Program-made: the position numbers and the translations under genes
In this document: piece after piece, positions 9,235-18,011 of the stretch
How the letters are laid out: the number at the start of each line of letters is the position of its first letter
How positions within the stretch are numbered: the stretch's first letter is position 1
Notes under the pieces: generated by a model
The model's database searches: none
Told to the model about the DNA's origin: nothing
The model's input: the letters and a program-made list of their open reading frames with translations, nothing else
Assembly: GCA_027314165.1 (NCBI GenBank)
Contig: DAHVCH010000004.1
Span: 75,784-139,783 of the forward strand
Length of the DNA stretch: 64,000 nt
Source of the DNA: Thermoplasmata archaeon
GTDB taxonomy: Archaea > Thermoplasmatota > Thermoplasmata > Lutacidiplasmatales > UBA184
Direction of reading: 5' to 3'

Positions 9235-11644
9235 AGGGGACTCCGTCGTCGTCGAGCTCTTCGGCCGCACCCGGGAGGGCCGGTCGGTCACCGCCCGCGT
9301 CTACGACCAGCGGCCGTGGTTCATGCTCGTCGAGCCGGAGGCCCGGGCCCGGGAGGCGCTCGCCAAGGACCCGGAGGTCCTGCGGGTGGAGGAGGGGAAG
9401 GTCTTCTACCGAGGGAAGGAGCGGGACACCCTCCGGGTGACGATCAAGTTCCCCTGGAAGGTCCCGGACTACCGGCGTCGGTTCGCGAAGACGGAGGGGG
9501 ACGAGGACGTCCTCGCGTGCGACATTCCCTTCGCCCACCGGTTCCTCTACGACCGCGGCCTGGGGCTCACCGTGGGGTTCGAGGGCACCCCCGAGCCGGA
9601 GGCCCTGCGTCACCAGTACACGACCGACGAGGTCGTCCGGGTCGAGGGGGAGGTCGTCCCTTGCCCCGCCTTCCGCCCGCCGCTCACCTATCTTTCCTTC
9701 GACATCGAGAACTCGCTCAAGGACCGGCGCATCTTCTGCCTGTGCGGCGTCGTCCAGAGGGGCGACGGGGAGACCCGGGGCTTCCGCCTCCAGGGCGAGG
9801 AGAGGAAGATCCTGACCGATTTCTTCGAGACCGTCCGCCGGGAGGACCCCGACGTGCTCGTCGGGTACAACATCGGGGGGTACGACATCCCGCTGCTCGA
9901 CGAGCGCGCGCAAGCCCTGCGGATCGACGGAGGGCTCCCCTTCGGCAGGGACGGAGCGCCGATGACCGACATCGGCGAGAGGATGTGGAGGGCCCACGGG
10001 AGGGCGATCGCGGACGCGTGGTGGTTCGCGCGGCAGATCCTCCGGCCGAAGCAGGAGACGCTCGAGTTCGTCTCCCGCGCGATGCTAGGGGAGGGGAAGA
10101 AGGACGTTGACCGGCGGAACATGGACGAGGAGTGGGCCCGGGACCCCGCGAAGGTCGTGGAGTACTGCGAGCACGACGCGCTCCTCGCCCTCCGCATCCT
10201 GCGGAAGCTTCGCGCCGTCGAGCGCGGGGCCGACATGGCCACCGTGGCGAACCTCTACCTCGAGGAGGGCCTGAACGGCCGGACGAGCCTGCTCGTCGAC
10301 TCCCTCCTCATCCCGGAGGCGGACAGGCGGAAGATCGGGGTCCCCCCGACACGACGGACCGCGGGGGACACGGCCATCGAGGGCGGGTACGTCCACGCGA
10401 TCAAGCCGGACCTGGTCCGCTGGGTCGTCGTGCTCGACTTCAAGTCGATGTACCCGTCCATCGTCATCTCCAAGAACATCTGCTTCACGACCTTCTCCCC
10501 CACCGAGGGCACGATCGTCGCGCCGAACGGCGCGCGCTTCCTCGCCCCCGAGGTCCGGCGCGGGCTCATCCCGGACATCCTCCGATCGCTCATGGCCGAG
10601 CGGGACCGGCTGAAGCGGGAGCTCAAGGCCGCCAAGTCCGAGGACGAGAGGCTCTACCGGGACGGCCTCCAGAACGCGGTCAAGATCCTGATGAACTCGT
10701 TCTACGGGGTGCTCGCGAGCTCCTTCTACCGGTTCACCAACAAGGAGATCGGGGCCGCGATCACGGCCTTCGCGAGAGAGACCACCAAGAGCGTCATCGC
10801 CGCCGTCGGGGCCGAGGGGGCCGAGGTCATCTACTCCGACACGGACAGCATCTTCGTGCGATCCCCCGTCGCCACCCTCGAGGGGGCCCGCGCGCTCGGG
10901 GAGAAGCTCTCCTCGACGTTCTCGCGCGAGGGCACCTCGCTCGAGTTCCAGGGCGTCTACGCCTCCTTCTTCAGCCACGGGGTGAAGAAGCGCTACGTCG
11001 CCCGCCAGGTCTGGCCGAAGGAGGACACGGTCATCCGCGGGTACGAGACCCGGAGGACCGATTCCTTCGACCTGCAGAGCCAGAGCCTGACGGAGGTCTT
11101 CGACCTCGTGCTCAGCGGGGAGACGGAGAAGGCCTGCGAGCGCTCGCGCGAGGTCGTCCAGAACATCCTGCAGGGGAAGTACGAGGCGGAGCGCTTCATC
11201 ATCGCCCGGACCGTGCGCGACGAGGAGCAGTACAACGCGGCCACCCGGGACGCCCTGCCGTTCCTGCGCATCTTCCGGCAGCTGAAGGAGGAGGGCTACC
11301 CCGTGGTCCCGGGGATGAAGGTCGCCTGGATCGTCACCAACGCGAAGAAGTCCCCCCAGCAGGTCGAGCCCTACGTCGAGGGGCGGGAGCTCAAGGGCCG
11401 CCCCGACTTCCAGTACTACGCCGAGAGGGTGGCCCAGACCCTGTCCCGCGTGACCGAGGTCTTCGGCTGGGACCAGTCGCGGCTCCTGCAGCGGACCCAG
11501 CAGCAGGACCTGTTCGGCATGGGGGTCGCCGCGCCCAGGGCTGCCCCCGAGCCCGGCCCCGCAGTCGGGGCCGGCACGTCGGCCGTCGAGGCGCTCGAGA
11601 CCGGGCGGCGGAAGAAACGGCAGGCGAGCCTGGGAGAGTTCTAG
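9182..11644 (+). CDS. polB: DNA polymerase, family B
   Basis: It lies within track ORF 8990..11644, and I place the start at GTG 9182 ([13 protein letters not shown]...). Motifs are the Exo I motif LSFDIENS, pol motif A LDFKSMYPSIV, KILMNSFYG, motif C YSDTDSIFV, and the N-terminal CDIPFAHRFLYDRGL. The extreme C-terminus is RRKKRQASLGEF. Confidence 0.92.
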   Translation: MARYELFLLGGSYRQHPEGDSVVVELFGRTREGRSVTARVYDQRPWFMLVEPEARAREALAKDPEVLRVEEGKVFYRGKERDTLRVTIKFPWKVPDYRRRFAKTEGDEDVLACDIPFAHRFLYDRGLGLTVGFEGTPEPEALRHQYTTDEVVRVEGEVVPCPAFRPPLTYLSFDIENSLKDRRIFCLCGVVQRGDGETRGFRLQGEERKILTDFFETVRREDPDVLVGYNIGGYDIPLLDERAQALRIDGGLPFGRDGAPMTDIGERMWRAHGRAIADAWWFARQILRPKQETLEFVSRAMLGEGKKDVDRRNMDEEWARDPAKVVEYCEHDALLALRILRKLRAVERGADMATVANLYLEEGLNGRTSLLVDSLLIPEADRRKIGVPPTRRTAGDTAIEGGYVHAIKPDLVRWVVVLDFKSMYPSIVISKNICFTTFSPTEGTIVAPNGARFLAPEVRRGLIPDILRSLMAERDRLKRELKAAKSEDERLYRDGLQNAVKILMNSFYGVLASSFYRFTNKEIGAAITAFARETTKSVIAAVGAEGAEVIYSDTDSIFVRSPVATLEGARALGEKLSSTFSREGTSLEFQGVYASFFSHGVKKRYVARQVWPKEDTVIRGYETRRTDSFDLQSQSLTEVFDLVLSGETEKACERSREVVQNILQGKYEAERFIIARTVRDEEQYNAATRDALPFLRIFRQLKEEGYPVVPGMKVAWIVTNAKKSPQQVEPYVEGRELKGRPDFQYYAERVAQTLSRVTEVFGWDQSRLLQRTQQQDLFGMGVAAPRAAPEPGPAVGAGTSAVEALETGRRKKRQASLGEF

Positions 11645-11970
11645 CCTCCTCGTGGCCCATGGTCGGAAGAGGGCCGCGAGCCCAGGACGGCGGTCGGGTC
11701 CCGGGAGCTCAGGGTCGCCCACGACGGACGTGGACGGAAAGCCTTCCTCTCACGACCGGGGGCAGCGGCGGGGCGGGGCCCGGGCTCTCCTTCGCCCACC
11801 GCATGTACCCTTGGCCCAGCACGCCAGCGTCCACGAGGAACGGGTCGCCGCCCCCGCCGTAGCCCGCAACGGGCGCCTGGGAGCGCGAGCTGGACATCCA
11901 CGCCATCCACCGGGGCCGCCCCAGCGCCCGATCGAGCGCTGAGCGCCGGCGCCCTCCCTGTCGCAGGGGG

Positions 11971-12921
11971 CTACCGGGCCTCTTCCGGGGCCTCTTCGAG
12001 CCGGACCTGGGTCCAGAGCTCGTTCCGCCCACGCCGGTAGGCGAGGGGGGCGGTGGAGCCGATGCCGGTCTTGGAGAGCGCCTCGAGGAGGTCGCGCATG
12101 CCGTTCAACTCCCGGTCTCCGATCCGCGTGAGGATGTCGCCCGCGCGGAGCCCGGCGCGCTGCGCCTGGCTCTGGGGCTGGACCTGAACGACGAGGATCC
12201 CCCGGTCGGACTTGAGGTCGTGGACCCGGGCGAGGGAGGGAGTGACCGTGACCCCGACGACGCCGAGGTAGGGACGGACCACGTGCCCGTACTTCACCAG
12301 CTCCTGGGCGACCCACTTCACGGTGTTGATCGGGACCGCGAACCCGATCCCGTGGGCGAACGGGACCATCGCCGTGTTGATCCCGATCACGTTGCCGTGC
12401 CGGTCGGCGAGGGGACCGCCGCTGTTGCCGGGGTTGATCGCCGCGTCGGTCTGGATCAGGCCTTCGAAGACGAACTGGGACCACGGCATCGGGCGCCCCA
12501 GGGCGCTCACGACGCCGGTGGAGACCGTGGGGCCCCCCGGCAACCCGAGCGTGTTACCGATGGCCAGCACGACCTGGCCCACCTTCAGACGCTCGGAGTC
12601 CCCGAAGGCGGCCGGGGCGAGCACGCCGGCATCGATCTTCAGCACGGCGATGTCGGTCGCGGGGTCGGAGCCGATCACCTCGCCCTGGAACTCCCTCCCG
12701 TCGTGGAGGGTGACGCGGACGTGCGTGGCGTCCGCGATCACGTGGTGGTTGGTCACGACGAGCCCGTCCTTGTCCAGGAGAAGACCAGAGCCGCTCCCCT
12801 CCATGGGCACGATGCCGCGCCTCGGGTGCGCCAGGATCCTCTGGCTGTTGAGGCTCACCACGTGCTCGCTCAGGCTTTCGACCGCCGCGACGATCTCGTC
12901 CTCCAGTACCGACAGCGCCAT
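11971..12921 (-). CDS. HtrA/DegP-family serine protease with C-terminal PDZ domain
   Basis: The catalytic triad contexts are TNHHVIADA, TDIAVLKI and GNSGGPL, and a PDZ-like region reads LRAGDILTRIGDRELNG. The start is set at ATG 12921, directly preceded by GGGGGAGGAAGGAAGG. The track start at 12939 is a GTG inside that SD-like run. Confidence 0.88.
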   Translation of the reverse strand: MALSVLEDEIVAAVESLSEHVVSLNSQRILAHPRRGIVPMEGSGSGLLLDKDGLVVTNHHVIADATHVRVTLHDGREFQGEVIGSDPATDIAVLKIDAGVLAPAAFGDSERLKVGQVVLAIGNTLGLPGGPTVSTGVVSALGRPMPWSQFVFEGLIQTDAAINPGNSGGPLADRHGNVIGINTAMVPFAHGIGFAVPINTVKWVAQELVKYGHVVRPYLGVVGVTVTPSLARVHDLKSDRGILVVQVQPQSQAQRAGLRAGDILTRIGDRELNGMRDLLEALSKTGIGSTAPLAYRRGRNELWTQVRLEEAPEEAR

Positions 12922-12999
12922 CCTTCCTTCCTCCCCCACGAGTCCCTGGCGAGAAGAGACCGGGCCCGGGCCATGTTGAGCGGCTTGGGTCCGCGCCGG

Positions 13000-13950
13000 T
13001 CACGAGGCGGGCCCGCTCGCGGGCCCCTGCGGCCCCTTGGGCTCCATCACCGCGAGCGCGCTGCCGAAGAAGGCGAGCGGGATGCCGAGCCAGGCGACCC
13101 AGGGGACCGTCGTGCCCAGGATCGGGGCGAGGGCTGCCACCAGGACGAGCGTGAAGACCGGGATGAGCGCCTGGAGGACGGCCGGGATGACGATCGTCGT
13201 CTTCTGCGCCGCCCAGAAGTAGGCCCAAGGAGCGAGGTAGAAGCTCGTCAGTCCCATCACGACCAGCGTGAAGGCGTCCAGCGGGCCGAGGGGCGTGGCG
13301 ACCCAGGCCCACCCGAACAGGAGGGACCCGCCGAGGGCGCCCACGGCAGCGGCCACCAGCGCCGCGGCCCCCAGGACGTCGCCCGTAGGGATGCGGCGGG
13401 AGACCCGGTCCAGCCAGACGAAGAAGACCGCCACCAGGAAGGGGAGCGGGAGGAGCGCCAACACCCCCAGACGGGTGAGAGGCGTGGAGGAGCCGGCGCC
13501 GACGATCGTCCCCGTCGCTCCCGCGGCGGCGATGAGCACCCCCAGCCAGAAGGGCCAGGAACGGAGGCGGTCGCCGTCCTGTCGGTAGAGCGCGAAGACC
13601 AGGAGCGGCGTCGCGACCACGTCCGCGAGGAGGGTGACCAGGGAGGCGTCGACCGCGCCGGCCAGGCGGGTCGCGAAGACCACGTCGACCTGGAGGACCA
13701 GGAACATGCCCCCGAGGGCGAGCCCTTGCCAGGAGGCGATCTGACGCAGCAGCAGCGCGCGTCCCCGGGTCGGGGTGCGGCCCGGATGCCAGAGGAGGAA
13801 CGCCGCGCCCGCGACGAGGAACGGGACGACGATGATCTCGGTGTAGGGGACCCGGGGGAGCAGGACCAGGAGGATGTAGTAGCTCGCCCAGAGGAACGCC
13901 GCCAGGCCCCCGGCCAGGCTCGCGAGCCGGCGCGCCGAGGGCCCCGCCAC
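13000..13950 (-). CDS. DMT-superfamily (EamA-like) membrane transporter
   Basis: There are about 10 hydrophobic segments in two similar halves, a composition typical of EamA. The start is uncertain. GTG 13950 avoids a 94-nt overlap with the upstream gene, and the track start is 14067. Confidence 0.7.
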   Translation of the reverse strand: MAGPSARRLASLAGGLAAFLWASYYILLVLLPRVPYTEIIVVPFLVAGAAFLLWHPGRTPTRGRALLLRQIASWQGLALGGMFLVLQVDVVFATRLAGAVDASLVTLLADVVATPLLVFALYRQDGDRLRSWPFWLGVLIAAAGATGTIVGAGSSTPLTRLGVLALLPLPFLVAVFFVWLDRVSRRIPTGDVLGAAALVAAAVGALGGSLLFGWAWVATPLGPLDAFTLVVMGLTSFYLAPWAYFWAAQKTTIVIPAVLQALIPVFTLVLVAALAPILGTTVPWVAWLGIPLAFFGSALAVMEPKGPQGPASGPAS

Positions 13951-13973
13951 GAGGGAAGGGCAGTTGGCGCGAG

Positions 13974-14483
13974 CTAAGAGGGCTCCCGCTCTTCTCTCGG
14001 GGGTCCCGGGGGTCCCGGGGGCCCTGCCGTCCCCGCGATTGCGCGCTCCCGGACCCGGGCGGCCCACTCCTCCCGCGTGAGGAAGGAACGAGGCTCGCGC
14101 TCACCGCCGCAGAGCCGGCAGAGGACCCGGGTCGGCTGCGCGGGGAGGGCGACGACCCACGGGGAGAGGCACTCGGCGCAGACCACCCATGGGCGCCGAA
14201 TCCCCGACGGCCGTTCGGACGGAGGTCCCACGGGAGCCTGAGGCAAAGCCCCTCCCCAGTAGCTCACCAGGCATTCCCTGGCGAACGCCCTCCAGTCCTC
14301 CTCCCGGTCGAACTCCAGGGGCACCCCACGGAACGTGCAGGCGGGACAGCCACTCGATCCCAGCGGCTCGTGGAGGTAGACCACGGGGCCCTCCCAGGCC
14401 CGTCCCGCGTTCAGCGTCGGGCAACCGCACCGCGGGCAGGCCCGGAGGACGCGCCTCGCGGGGCCGTGTCGGCGGACGGGCAT
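13974..14483 (-). CDS. Hypothetical double zinc-ribbon protein
   Basis: The 169-aa ORF has very high third-position GC. It has two Cys4 clusters: CPRCGC...CPAC and CAEC...CRLCG. I recognise no family. Confidence 0.55.
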   Translation of the reverse strand: MPVRRHGPARRVLRACPRCGCPTLNAGRAWEGPVVYLHEPLGSSGCPACTFRGVPLEFDREEDWRAFARECLVSYWGGALPQAPVGPPSERPSGIRRPWVVCAECLSPWVVALPAQPTRVLCRLCGGEREPRSFLTREEWAARVRERAIAGTAGPPGPPGPPREEREPS

Positions 14484-14565
14484 GGGCCTCTGAACGGGGT
14501 GGGGGCTCAGAAGGATGAGGATGGGGGAGGGGGAGGGGGATTGCCCGGGCCGGGAGAGGGGGGCC

Positions 14566-15681
14566 TCAGTAGGAGTCGTAGCGCACGCCGAGCTCCGGCA
14601 GACGGACGCCCCGCCCCTTCTCGATGTGGCCGATGACCTGCGCCCGCTTCTCGCCGCTCCGCTTCAGGACCGAGAGCGCGCGGTCCACCTGCTTCGCCCG
14701 GACGCCGACCACGAAGCCGACACCCATGTTGAACGTCTGGTAGAGCTCCTCGGCGGGGAGCCGGGAGAGGTCCGCGATCCATCGGAAGAGCCCCTCCGGC
14801 GCCGGGAGCGCGTCCAGCGTGAACTGGACCCTGCTGTTGAGCCGCAGCAGGTTCCTCGCCCCGCGCCCTGAGATATGGGCGAGGGCGACGGGGAGGTGGG
14901 CGGCCAGAAGGGCCTCCACCGGCCGGGTGTAGATCCGTGTGGGAGCGAGGAGGCGATGACCGAGCGGGCGGGCGTCGTCCGGAAGGGGGCGGGCGATGTC
15001 GATCGAGTACTCCTCGATCAGGCGGCGCACGAGGGTGTAGCCGTTCGAATGGAACCCGGAGGAGGGGAGGCCGATCAGCACGTCCCCCGGCCGCAGCGTG
15101 GCGCCCGTCACGGGCGCGCGGCCCCGAGGGAAGAACCCCAGCGCCGTCCCCGAGAGGTCGAGGCTGCGCACGAGGTCCGGGACGATGGAGGTCTCTCCGC
15201 CCACCAGGTGGCACCGGGCCTCCCGGAGTCCCCGGGCCAGGCCCTTCCCGAGAGCTTCGAAGACGGAGGGTACGGGGGACTGCACCGCGATGTAGTCGAC
15301 GAGGGCGGAAGGGCGCGCGCCCACCGCCGAGAGGTCGTTGACGTTCACCGCGACGACGTCCTCGCCCACCTCCTCCCACCGGTCGAGGGTGTGAGCGAGC
15401 AGGAGCTTCGTGCCCACGTTGTCCGTGGTGAGCGCGAGGGTCTCGCGTCCGATCCGGAGGAGCCCGGCGAAGTGGCCGGGGAGCTTCACGGGACGTCCGC
15501 TGCTCGCGGGAGCGGTCGTGCGGATGGAGGCGAGCATCTTCCCCAGCGCGATCGCGACCAGGTCCTGGCGCACACCGGTCCCGGCGTAGGTCAACGGGCC
15601 CGCCTCCGGGGTCCCGTTCGTGAGGTTCGCGGCCGCCAGGTCCGCCACGGTGGGGCTATCCCCACCCCGACTTAAGAGCAT
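14566..15681 (-). CDS. purM: Phosphoribosylformylglycinamidine cyclo-ligase (AIR synthase)
   Basis: This is the C-terminal part of track ORF 14566..16257. It reads LTYAGTGV...ALTTDNVGTKLLLA...VAVNVNDLSAVGARP...LVGGETS...LPSSGFHSNGYTLVR...TFNMGVGFVV. The start at ATG 15681 is uncertain within about 20 codons. Confidence 0.88.
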   Translation of the reverse strand: MLLSRGGDSPTVADLAAANLTNGTPEAGPLTYAGTGVRQDLVAIALGKMLASIRTTAPASSGRPVKLPGHFAGLLRIGRETLALTTDNVGTKLLLAHTLDRWEEVGEDVVAVNVNDLSAVGARPSALVDYIAVQSPVPSVFEALGKGLARGLREARCHLVGGETSIVPDLVRSLDLSGTALGFFPRGRAPVTGATLRPGDVLIGLPSSGFHSNGYTLVRRLIEEYSIDIARPLPDDARPLGHRLLAPTRIYTRPVEALLAAHLPVALAHISGRGARNLLRLNSRVQFTLDALPAPEGLFRWIADLSRLPAEELYQTFNMGVGFVVGVRAKQVDRALSVLKRSGEKRAQVIGHIEKGRGVRLPELGVRYDSY

Positions 15682-15826
15682 CCGCCGCGAGCGGCGCCAG
15701 GAGGCCCGGGCTCGGCCCGGGCGTCGGCGGGACGGGGGCCCTGCCCTTATCTTCCGCGAGGAGACTGGCGCCAGCGTGCCCGCCCGCCCCCGCGGCAGCA
15801 AGCTCCACGTTCCGGGGCCGGCCCAC

Positions 15827-17272
15827 GTGGAGGTCCCGCCGGACCGGGTCTTCTCCGGCCGCATCCTCCACCGAGGCCGGATCATCCCGGCCGAGCTCGG
15901 GGTGAGCGAGGAGGGACGGATCCTCAAGGTCGCCCCCGACGTTCGAGGAGGGCGCCGGATCGACCTGGGGGAGGCCATCCTCGTCCCCTCGGCGATCGAC
16001 CTCCACGTCCACTTCCGCGACCCCTCGCCGCCCGGGGCCGTCGAGAACCTCGAGACCGGGACGCTCCAGGCGGCGCTGGGCGGGGTCGGGGCGGTCGTCG
16101 ACATGCCGAACACCGAGCCCCCCACCACGACGCTCGAGCGGCTCGAGGCGAAGGAGTCCCGCGTGGTGGGCCGCAGCCACGTGGACGTCTTGCTGCTCGC
16201 CGCGCTCCAGGAACGGACGCGGGTGGAGGAGCTCGCCGCGAGGGCGGCGGGGTTCAAGCTCTACATGGCCCCAACCACGGGAGACCTCGCGGTCCCCCCC
16301 GGCGCGGACCTCCGGTCCCTCCTCGAACGCGTCGCGCGCGCGGGCTCGGCGGTGCACGTGCACGCCGAGGACCCGAGGCTCTTCCAGGGCGATCTCCATC
16401 CCTCCGACCCCGAGGGATGGAACGCGAAGCGGCCCGTGCGGAGCGAGATCTCCGCGGTCCGGTCGCTCCTGCCACCTCCGCCCGGCCTGCTCCTCCATCT
16501 CGCCCACGCCACCTCGGTGGAGAGCGTGCGCGTCGCACGGGAGGCCGGCCTCAGCGTGGAGGCGACCCCCCATCACCTGCTGCTGCACGCGACCGCGCAC
16601 CAGGACGCGCGCTGGAAGGTCAACCCGCCGCTCCGCTCCCGCGCGGACCGGGACGCCCTCTACGAGAGCTTCCGCGAAGGGTGGGTGACCATGCTCGCGA
16701 GCGACCACGCTCCCCATCCCCTGGGCCAGAAGGAGGGCAAGTTCGAGGAGACCCCGTCGGGTGCGCCCGGGGTGGAGACGATGCTTCCCCTCCTGCTCTC
16801 CCGGGTCCGGGAGGGGCAGCTCTCGCTCCCGACCCTCGTCCGGGCGGCCGCCCGGAGGCCGGCCCTCTTCCTGGGGCTCCCCCGCGGGCACTTCGCCCCC
16901 GGCATGGAGGCGAACTTCCTGGTCATCGACTTCCGGGAGAGGAGGACCATCCGGGCCCGCGACCTCCACGCCCCCTGCGGTTGGACCCCCTTCGAGGGAA
17001 AGGAAGGGATTTTCCCGAGGGAGCACTACCACCTGGGGGCACGGATCGTGGAGGACGGGGAGTTCGTCGGCGGCCGCTCTGGAAGGCTCCTCCACCGAGG
17101 CGCAGGGAGGGCTCCGGGCCCCGCGCCTCCCGCCCCCCTCGCCCGGCCCGGGGACCCCCTCGCCGTTCCCGCGGGACCCTTCCCGGCCCCCTCGCTCCGT
17201 GACATCTCGCCCCCGCCAGGCCCCAACGCCCCCAGCGCTTCGCTGAAGGTCGGAGATCGACGTGGCGCCTGA
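15827..17272 (+). CDS. pyrC: Dihydroorotase-type cyclic amidohydrolase
   Basis: It carries the metal-site motifs DLHVHFRDP, GFKLYMA and SDHAPH. The start is set at in-frame GTG 15827 (MEVPPDRVFSGRILHRGRII...). The track start at 15620 would overlap purM. Confidence 0.8.
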   Translation: MEVPPDRVFSGRILHRGRIIPAELGVSEEGRILKVAPDVRGGRRIDLGEAILVPSAIDLHVHFRDPSPPGAVENLETGTLQAALGGVGAVVDMPNTEPPTTTLERLEAKESRVVGRSHVDVLLLAALQERTRVEELAARAAGFKLYMAPTTGDLAVPPGADLRSLLERVARAGSAVHVHAEDPRLFQGDLHPSDPEGWNAKRPVRSEISAVRSLLPPPPGLLLHLAHATSVESVRVAREAGLSVEATPHHLLLHATAHQDARWKVNPPLRSRADRDALYESFREGWVTMLASDHAPHPLGQKEGKFEETPSGAPGVETMLPLLLSRVREGQLSLPTLVRAAARRPALFLGLPRGHFAPGMEANFLVIDFRERRTIRARDLHAPCGWTPFEGKEGIFPREHYHLGARIVEDGEFVGGRSGRLLHRGAGRAPGPAPPAPLARPGDPLAVPAGPFPAPSLRDISPPPGPNAPSASLKVGDRRGA

Positions 17273-18011
17273 CGCCCGGCCCCCGGTGGCCTTCCTCAAG
17301 GGGGTCACGAAGACCTACGGGGAGGGCGCGGCGAAGGTCCACGCCCTGCGGGGGGTCGACCTGACCGTGCGCGAGGGGGAGTTCGTCGCGATCATGGGGC
17401 CCTCCGGCAGCGGGAAGTCGACGCTCCTCCACATCTTAGGATGCATGGACGTCCCGAGCGAAGGCGACGTGGAGATCGACGGGGTCGCGGTCCCGCGACA
17501 GAGCGACTCGGAGCGGACGCGTCTCCGAAGCGAGCGGATCGGGTTCGTCTTCCAGTCCTTCCATCTGCTGCGCGACCTCACCGTGCGGGAGAACCTCGAG
17601 CTCCCGCAGGTCTACCTGCGGCGCAAGGAGGGGAAGCGCCTGCCCACCCCTGAGGAGCTCATCGCGCGCGTGCGGCTGCCCACGGCCCTGCTGGACCGCC
17701 ACCCCACCCAGATCTCCGGGGGAGAGGCCCAGCGCGTGGCGATCGCCCGGGCCCTCGCCAACAGCCCCTCCCTGCTCCTGGGCGACGAACCTACGGGGAA
17801 CCTGGACACCACCAACTCGGACGCCGTGATGCGGATCTTCGACCACCTGTCGAAGGAGGGGGCCACCATCGTGCTGGTGACCCACAACCCGGAGGTCGCC
17901 CAGCACGCCCAGCGCGTGGTGCGCGTGGGGGACGGTCGCATCGTCCGTGAGGAGCGCAAGGGCCCCTCCGGGCCGGAGCGACCCGCCTCGACCATGGGAG
18001 GTGCGGCGTGA
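17262..18011 (+). CDS. ABC transporter ATP-binding protein (MacB/LolD/FtsE-like)
   Basis: Walker A is GPSGSGKST, the signature is ISGGEAQRVAIARAL, and Walker B is LLLGDEPTGNLD. It has a GTG start. Confidence 0.92.
   Translation: MAPDARPPVAFLKGVTKTYGEGAAKVHALRGVDLTVREGEFVAIMGPSGSGKSTLLHILGCMDVPSEGDVEIDGVAVPRQSDSERTRLRSERIGFVFQSFHLLRDLTVRENLELPQVYLRRKEGKRLPTPEELIARVRLPTALLDRHPTQISGGEAQRVAIARALANSPSLLLGDEPTGNLDTTNSDAVMRIFDHLSKEGATIVLVTHNPEVAQHAQRVVRVGDGRIVREERKGPSGPERPASTMGGAA

Noticed and set aside
9182-11644. An intein or large insertion in PolB or aEF-2.
   Set aside because: Both proteins have ordinary lengths (about 820 and 734 aa) with contiguous conserved motifs.
11645-11970. Possible SRP RNA or another structured RNA in the 326-nt PolB/HtrA spacer.
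   Set aside because: I could not find the conserved SRP domain-IV motifs or any tRNA-like arms by eye. It is left as an unassigned spacer (see the low-interest finding).
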